DNA of 64,000 bases from positions 2,718,656 through 2,782,655 of the forward strand of contig CM082596.2 in the NCBI GenBank assembly GCA_040954595.2, written 5' to 3'. A model generated the notes under the pieces. The model did not search any database. It saw only the letters and a list, made by a program, of their open reading frames with translations, and was not told where the DNA came from. The DNA comes from Balanoglossus misakiensis. Its lineage: Eukaryota > Animalia > Hemichordata. Position numbers and translations under genes: made by a program. Each line of letters opens with the position of its first letter. Positions within the stretch are counted from its first letter, which is position 1. This document shows positions 54,555-64,000 of this stretch, piece by piece.

Positions 54555-57554
54555 TTTTGAGTCCACTCTACGGCTTCTAACTAAGCTAACAGAGGTGAAC
54601 TTTAATGTAAAAAAGCTACAAGGTCGTGCAATTGTGGGATTTCAGAGTATTAAAATGACAATAAGCATAACTCTCTGGACGATTGGTACTTGGCCTAAGG
54701 GTCACTTAGTCTCACCTTTGCTAACATGTGCACGCGTGACTGATTTGTCTTGTAATTCTTGTTGAGACCCAGTCTGTCAAATAAATCTTGCTACTAGTAC
54801 TGTTTCCGGCGTATGTTGTAAATGAACACACACCCATGGGTAACAAACGAAGCATATCCAAGATGTCTGATGCTGTTGATCTTTTATTTTTACTTTTTCA
54901 TAGAAAATGGAATATTGCCACATATTAAATAAGAGCCTTGCTTTTAAGCAAAGGGCAGTATAAGACTGGAAAAACACATCTTCGATGGTACAATATACGC
55001 AATAAACTTACACTTGAACTTTGAACCATAGCACCCATCAAAACATACAGATATCGATGACAAGTTTGTTAAAGACATTAAAAATTCAAATAAATTGAAA
55101 TAGCTCAATCAACTATGATTGGCTAGTCTCGATCACATGACCAACACGTAAAACTGGTACTGACAACACGTAACGTTACGCACATCAAAAAGACGTCAAA
55201 AAGTTAAACTTTAGTTACTGTATGACATTTTCTCTAAAAGAACACATAGTCAAATTAAGTCAAAACGAAATATCGAAAAGATTTTATGGTGACACCGACC
55301 ATCAAAATGACACGGATGACGAGATAGCAATGACAATATAACACGGATATTCAAATAAAAGAACATTTCACAGTTTCAGTACAAGACAGAAACGCCTCGA
55401 ATAAGTAAACGTAGACACCACTGTCAGAAGGGTCGTGGCACGTCCAGTAAAAGTGAATTAAAATTCAGTAAATGTCAGCGAGAGGATTGGAGGGGGGGGG
55501 GGGGGTCCCTAGCAATGACGCACTTCCAGAAGCGATTGTGACGCTCTTCCGGACGCGATGGAATCTCTGTCAGAAGTGAGCTCGTCGCTGGCAGTGTTTT
55601 ACAGTTTATATCTGAAAGCTCCTTCGCGCAGAGATTCGTATCGCCGCTCTTGGGGGAAAAAAGAGCGGACATTCTTGTTTCTATTTTAAAAAAAACACGT
55701 TATGACAATTCTAAAGGAGGGCGAAGTGAATTTCTCGAAAATGCCACCATCCTTCGTTAGGTTTGTCAGTCAGTACATGATATATAATATAGATATATAT
55801 ATTCTCAAAATTCTTCGGATCGTCCATCGACAGTAGTGAAGTGTAGGCCTAACACCGATTCCATTAATTGAAACGTCAGTATAAAAAGTAAAAAATGAAA
55901 AAAGAAAAATCATTCACTTTGATGCAAATTTGTACAAAGTTCACCATGTAAAAATGTTTCCACTTTATGAAAAAGCCACAGCACGTGTATTCCCTACCAA
56001 AATCGACCGTACACACCCTTCTATTAATTCAATTACGTCACCTGAATCCAACTAGAACAATGCTAACAACTTCTCTATGGGTTGGAGTTGCCAAGACAAC
56101 GTAACACAAAACACTCCATTCAAACTTTACAAAACCAATATAAACTGATAAAACCCATTTAGACACCACGTACATAAGTGTATTCCACAAGGATATAAAA
56201 AAGTCTTCATTCTTTTGAAGATAGTAGAAAATGTCTCTACCTACTCTGTCTCCGAGTCTGAGAGCCCTAAACCATGATTGATAAGTCATGTAAAGTTACC
56301 CGGATTTAACCCCCTAAGCTCTCCGGTCTTTTACATAAAAACGAAAGTTAGACACTTTTGTCAACACTATAGAGAAAGATACAATCGAACGTCACGATCA
56401 AGTCAGAATACATCAAAATATACACAGTGGAATACGGCAGTATAAACGCTGTCAAACACACACAAAAAAGAATATTCCATAAAAAAACTTACAGTTAAAA
56501 ATTCTCAGGTACAAATACAACAAGTATAGAAACAACTATCAAAAACTGATACAACTGAAGGCAGACGAAGAAGCAGAACGATTTGCATATGATAATCACA
56601 GACAATCTCGCCTGGGCGACGAAATAAAAACAGTTTTGTCATTAAATCTTCAGTAACGTCACAAAGCAGTACACTTACACATTAAACACAATGTGGTGAG
56701 GAAGTTGCAGCATTTCAGTAAGACGAATGCATTTTGTCATTCAAAAACAGAAAGAAAAAAATAATAGCCAATGCAGGCACAGTCTACTCATAATACACCA
56801 AAAGATGCGTTTTTCAACTAGCAATGAATACCTGACAAAAATCTTCAATGAGATCGCATGATCATATCACCAACGTCAGTCACTAACCCCCCCCCCCCCC
56901 CCCATCCCTAACTTAACCATACACATTTCCATATAAATGACAATGTATTCTGTCGAAACTCAAATTGAATGAACGGTGCATCCGTCAATGTGCGCACACA
57001 ATTGCGAACTGAAAGTCAAGCTGGAACAAAAATTGTGCTTTTTGAAATCCTCGACAAACAGCTGCTGGCTTGTTCAGAGGGACGCGACGAAAACTTTCTT
57101 TTTTTTAAAATGGCAAGTTCTACAGAATATTGCACATGGACCTCATATAAGAATATTACTCCATTTATATAGAATCACTTTAAATTTCGACTTTAGAATA
57201 CTGTGTTTGACTGAAGCACTTGGACACACTGCGTCACACAAAAACAGCAATTAGAAATATAAACACGCACATTCGTAACAAGTCTCAAGTATACCAAAAC
57301 TGACGACAATTATATGACGGTATGTACGTATCTTAAGTCGTATAATAGCCCGGGTGCTGTGGCAGTATAAAACAAATTAGAGATAAACAGTTGTCAGGGA
57401 AACCACATCGAAGTAGAAAATAACTACCAAGGTAACAAAAACTAATATATGATTACAAAAAGACGATGATGATTATAAATGAATGTTGGGTGATAGGAAT
57501 CACTGACTGAAACTTTGTCAGAAATGGAAGCAATGTACATTACATTACAGACTT

Positions 57555-60737
<3,183 letters not shown>

Positions 60738-63064
60738 CTGTTGATGGAAGACAAGAAAAAAAATTAAATCTCGGTCAGTCTTGATTTTTTTTTAACATCG
60801 TGGCGTTAATGAATGACATGGGATAGCGATTTCAATTAATTGATTAACTTGACAAAAACTGGTAGCGCTTGTTGAGAGGTACAAGGCCCGGACCCTGTCG
60901 AAAGACGCGGCGGGGAGAAGTAACTTTAAGTCGACGTTCACTGCTACACATCTTTACGACCAACGAAAAAAAACCTACACCGCTCAGTAAACTAAGAAAA
61001 ATAACACCCTGCTTACTCTCCGAAAATTCGAAGTCAACCACCACACAAGTTCACGGAAACACTGAAGAGGAAAAATAGAAATCTCCACCAACAAACTTTC
61101 TCCGATACGACAAAAAACAGATACTTTCCGTGGCACGGCGAAAGGGAGACGAAGAAAACGTGATGCAACTTACGACTCGTGCTAGAGAACTCGACGAGGT
61201 GCTAAGCATGAAGACGCGCAGAGAGCAGTCACCAGACCCTTCGTCACCGCTTCGGAAAACGGAATTTAACCGTGTATAGATGGGGAAATCGAAACCAACG
61301 TCCAAGTTGCAAGCGTACGAACTCCGTTCTGAAGGCGACTGCAGACGCAAAAGCATTTCCATTCATTGTATATGGTAATTTGAATATTAATATGCATAAT
61401 GATCAATAGCCAATCGGAGGCCATCATTAGCTACTATTTTTATCTTGCTTCGCCGCTCTGACATCATAGCTACACTGCGTATGCGTAGGTTGTCAAATAT
61501 AGTCTCAGTTGTGCGTCAGCGACGCTAAAATTAAACATTTTATAGCGGCGAGCCTACGTCAGCAGCTCGATTTAAGCAGGTTGGTCGTAATTCCCGCATG
61601 GGGTTGTACCGCGACAGGAAAAAGGAGATGGGATTGGGCCGTTCTGGTGATTTTTGTACGAGATTTTTACACCCTTCTTCTCGGAGACAGGATGTCAAGA
61701 TACGGCGAGATGCGGCGCTCGGCGTTCGCTGATTATGCGCCCGGTGACGCGGGCGATTTCGCCGCCGTATTCCCCGTTGATCAGCGTTAGATGTTTGTAG
61801 GTGTGTGTTTACATGCACCTGTTGGTGAAATGGATCGTTCATTGACGCTGCCAGCCAAGCAGGGATGCCCTTCTTTCTTATTTAGGGAGCAATAAAAATT
61901 AGAAAGGACAAGACAAGAAGTAGGCCGTTTCAGCTCATTTTTATTCAGTGGACTTGATTTTATTCAACTGCCAGGAAAAATAATGTCAATAAAGAAACGG
62001 GCTGAAATCAAAATAAAACCGCTTGGAAATTTTCTGTGCGCTACAGAATGTCGTTTACCTGAAGAAACAGCGAGGTTGTACGGAAATAGCTGCAATCAAG
62101 CGGCTCCGATTTTGCCTCTACATGTATGTCGGTTTTTGCGCTACATGCATTTCGGAGACCTTTTCTCCCGAGGTAGAAAGATGAACCCGTTGCACGCGCC
62201 AGTTACGGCTTATTTGTTTGTTTCGTTGAAGATGGTACGCTCATTTGCGTTGTAATGGATTGCGTCTGCGTAATTCGCGTGCGCGTGTTTAATGTATAGT
62301 TCGAAATCGCACGCACATATATCAAGAAAAACCAACACATACTCCCCGGGTCTTATACACGCACTTCCATTTTAGATTGTTACAATTGAGGAAATCGTTG
62401 AAATGAAGAGTTATTGGCGGCAGTCAGAGGTAACTGTCAGCGATCCAATTAATTGCCGCGAAATCGACATGCTTAACAAGTGTGACCATGTCTATTGCAT
62501 ATCGATGACTCGAATGTTTAAAACAAGTGGGACGGAGTGGTTGACAGGATAACCCCGCGCAGTAAATATTTATCATCGTTCTGGAGGCTGGAACCAAGTG
62601 TAAACTCCGTGTCAGCTTTGAAATATGGGATGTAATGATAGTAAAACCGCTTCAAATTTACAAGTCATTTGAGCACTTAAAGTGGCAAAATAAAATAGAA
62701 CAAATACGAGTCTTTAAATGACGCGCCTTTCGAAATGTAGAAACAGGCCCCCAAAGAAAGAAAGAAACATCAGATTTATTCATTATGTTGAAAATTGGAA
62801 ATATGGCATATATTTTAATGATCGCATAATATTTAACATGTTGAATTACGAGCGAGATAGAAGGGGCACCATCTGTACTAAGAATATAAAATTCATCGTT
62901 TTTTTGGTCGATTTGAGAGCGTGCCCACAGGAGGTAACAGTGGGGGTAATTATGTATTTATCTCGCGGTGCGGAGTCCACTTTAGCTAGCCGTGTGCGTA
63001 AGCACAAAATTAGAAATTCAAACTGCGCATAAACAATGGCCAAGACCCCAAAATTCGCATGCTC

Positions 63065-63203
63065 TGCGTCAAAAGCTGTGAGCAACAAGCTGGGATTTCT
63101 ATATAAGGGCAGGCGAAAATAGTACGTCAGTGAGATCCTCGGCTTGACGAGCGGTCCATGAACATACATAATACACAGATAATATGAATGGATGCCTACG
63201 TCA
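63065..63203 (-). promoter_or_regulatory. Putative NR4A core promoter: TATA-like box with clustered CRE-like sites
   Basis: Minus-strand TTATATAGAAA at 63096-63106. TGACGTA at 63123-63129 and 63197-63203 (minus), TGACG at 63145-63149, TGCGTCA at 63065-63071. Confidence 0.5.
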
Positions 63204-63626
63204 CACTGGGTACACGCACACGTAGACTCATATACGTAAGCCGAGCACAGTGCAGGCCTTCAACTGATGAGCGTGATACACACTAAACCGTTCGCTCCCG
63301 AAGGGGGTCAGCTCCGGAAGAAACCATTTCATGTCAGGGGTGGGCGACTTCAATTAGTCGGCGACTACACGTTTCTAAGTTTAATACCTCGTATCGTCCA
63401 AAAGTCCGCGCATCTAAATGCTAAAAACACACAAGCTGCTGCTGTCTGCGGTCACCCTATCGGCGAATATCAGTAATTCTACCGCGCAGAAAGGCTAGAT
63501 TTTCGTCCAGCATGTGTGGGCCGAACGTCAACAAACGAGATATCGGATATTCGATATTTCTTGTTTCACCTGAACACGTGCATCGCCAACCCGTATTCAT
63601 CGCGAGTTGGTTAAGCGATTAAATTG

Positions 63627-63636
63627 GTGACGTCAC
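63627..63636. promoter_or_regulatory. Full palindromic CRE (GTGACGTCAC) upstream of NR4A
   Basis: Exact TGACGTCA at 63628-63635. Confidence 0.55.
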
Positions 63637-63755
63637 TGGCCCTGCCTGCTCGCTTCCAACATAATCGCGCGATTTGCTTAATGTCCCAAAATAAAATGAT
63701 TGAGACGTCAGAATATTTTTAAAATAGTGGTAGTAATAATTTTCATTTCATATTC

Positions 63756-63757
<2 letters not shown>

Positions 63758-63787
<30 letters not shown>

Positions 63788-63819
63788 CATACATACATAC
63801 ATACATACATACATACATA
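63758..63819. repeat. (TACA)n tetranucleotide microsatellite, about 15 copies
   Basis: Perfect tacatacataca run. Confidence 0.95.
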
Positions 63820-64000
63820 CATTAACATATGTCCGCTTTTCCGTGTTTTTGAGTTCTTTAAAGGATATTTTATTTAACCTGGGCTTGCTACCATTAAAGC
63901 ATGCAAATTTTCGGAAATTCGAATCTCACTGTATCTGAGAGAGATCTGAAATGTGTCGCATCCAAATCGCGTTTTCATGTTCTTGGCGGTTTAGAGTGAA

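Noticed and set aside
63264-63292. Hammerhead-ribozyme-like CTGATGA cores (also about 29336, 34041, 50097)
   Set aside because: None has a proper stem II followed by GAAA together with pairing stems I and III.

Overview
Eukaryotic (animal) genomic DNA with GT-AG spliceosomal introns; gene content and protein style suggest an invertebrate deuterostome (inference). 1-11951 is a very homogeneous array of about 136 copies of an 88-bp satellite. It ends in a tRNA-like A/B-box module and a 19-bp-stem hairpin. Six protein-coding genes follow: a Golgi-type sulfotransferase (+, one coding exon), MGAT5 (-, 15 coding exons, 14-kb first intron), ERP44 (+, 10 exons), STX17 (-, 6 coding exons), an intronless cytochrome c paralog (+) and an NR4A nuclear receptor (-). 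The most striking signal is the cytochrome c paralog: it keeps CxxCH, has Leu in place of the axial Met80 heme ligand, and has an N-terminal extension starting with an N-myristoylation-type motif (MGQKAS). It sits inside an NR4A-STX17-ERP44 block with the same order and relative orientation as human NR4A3-STX17-ERP44. Exon boundaries were read by hand, and the summed exon lengths of the four multi-exon models are divisible by 3.
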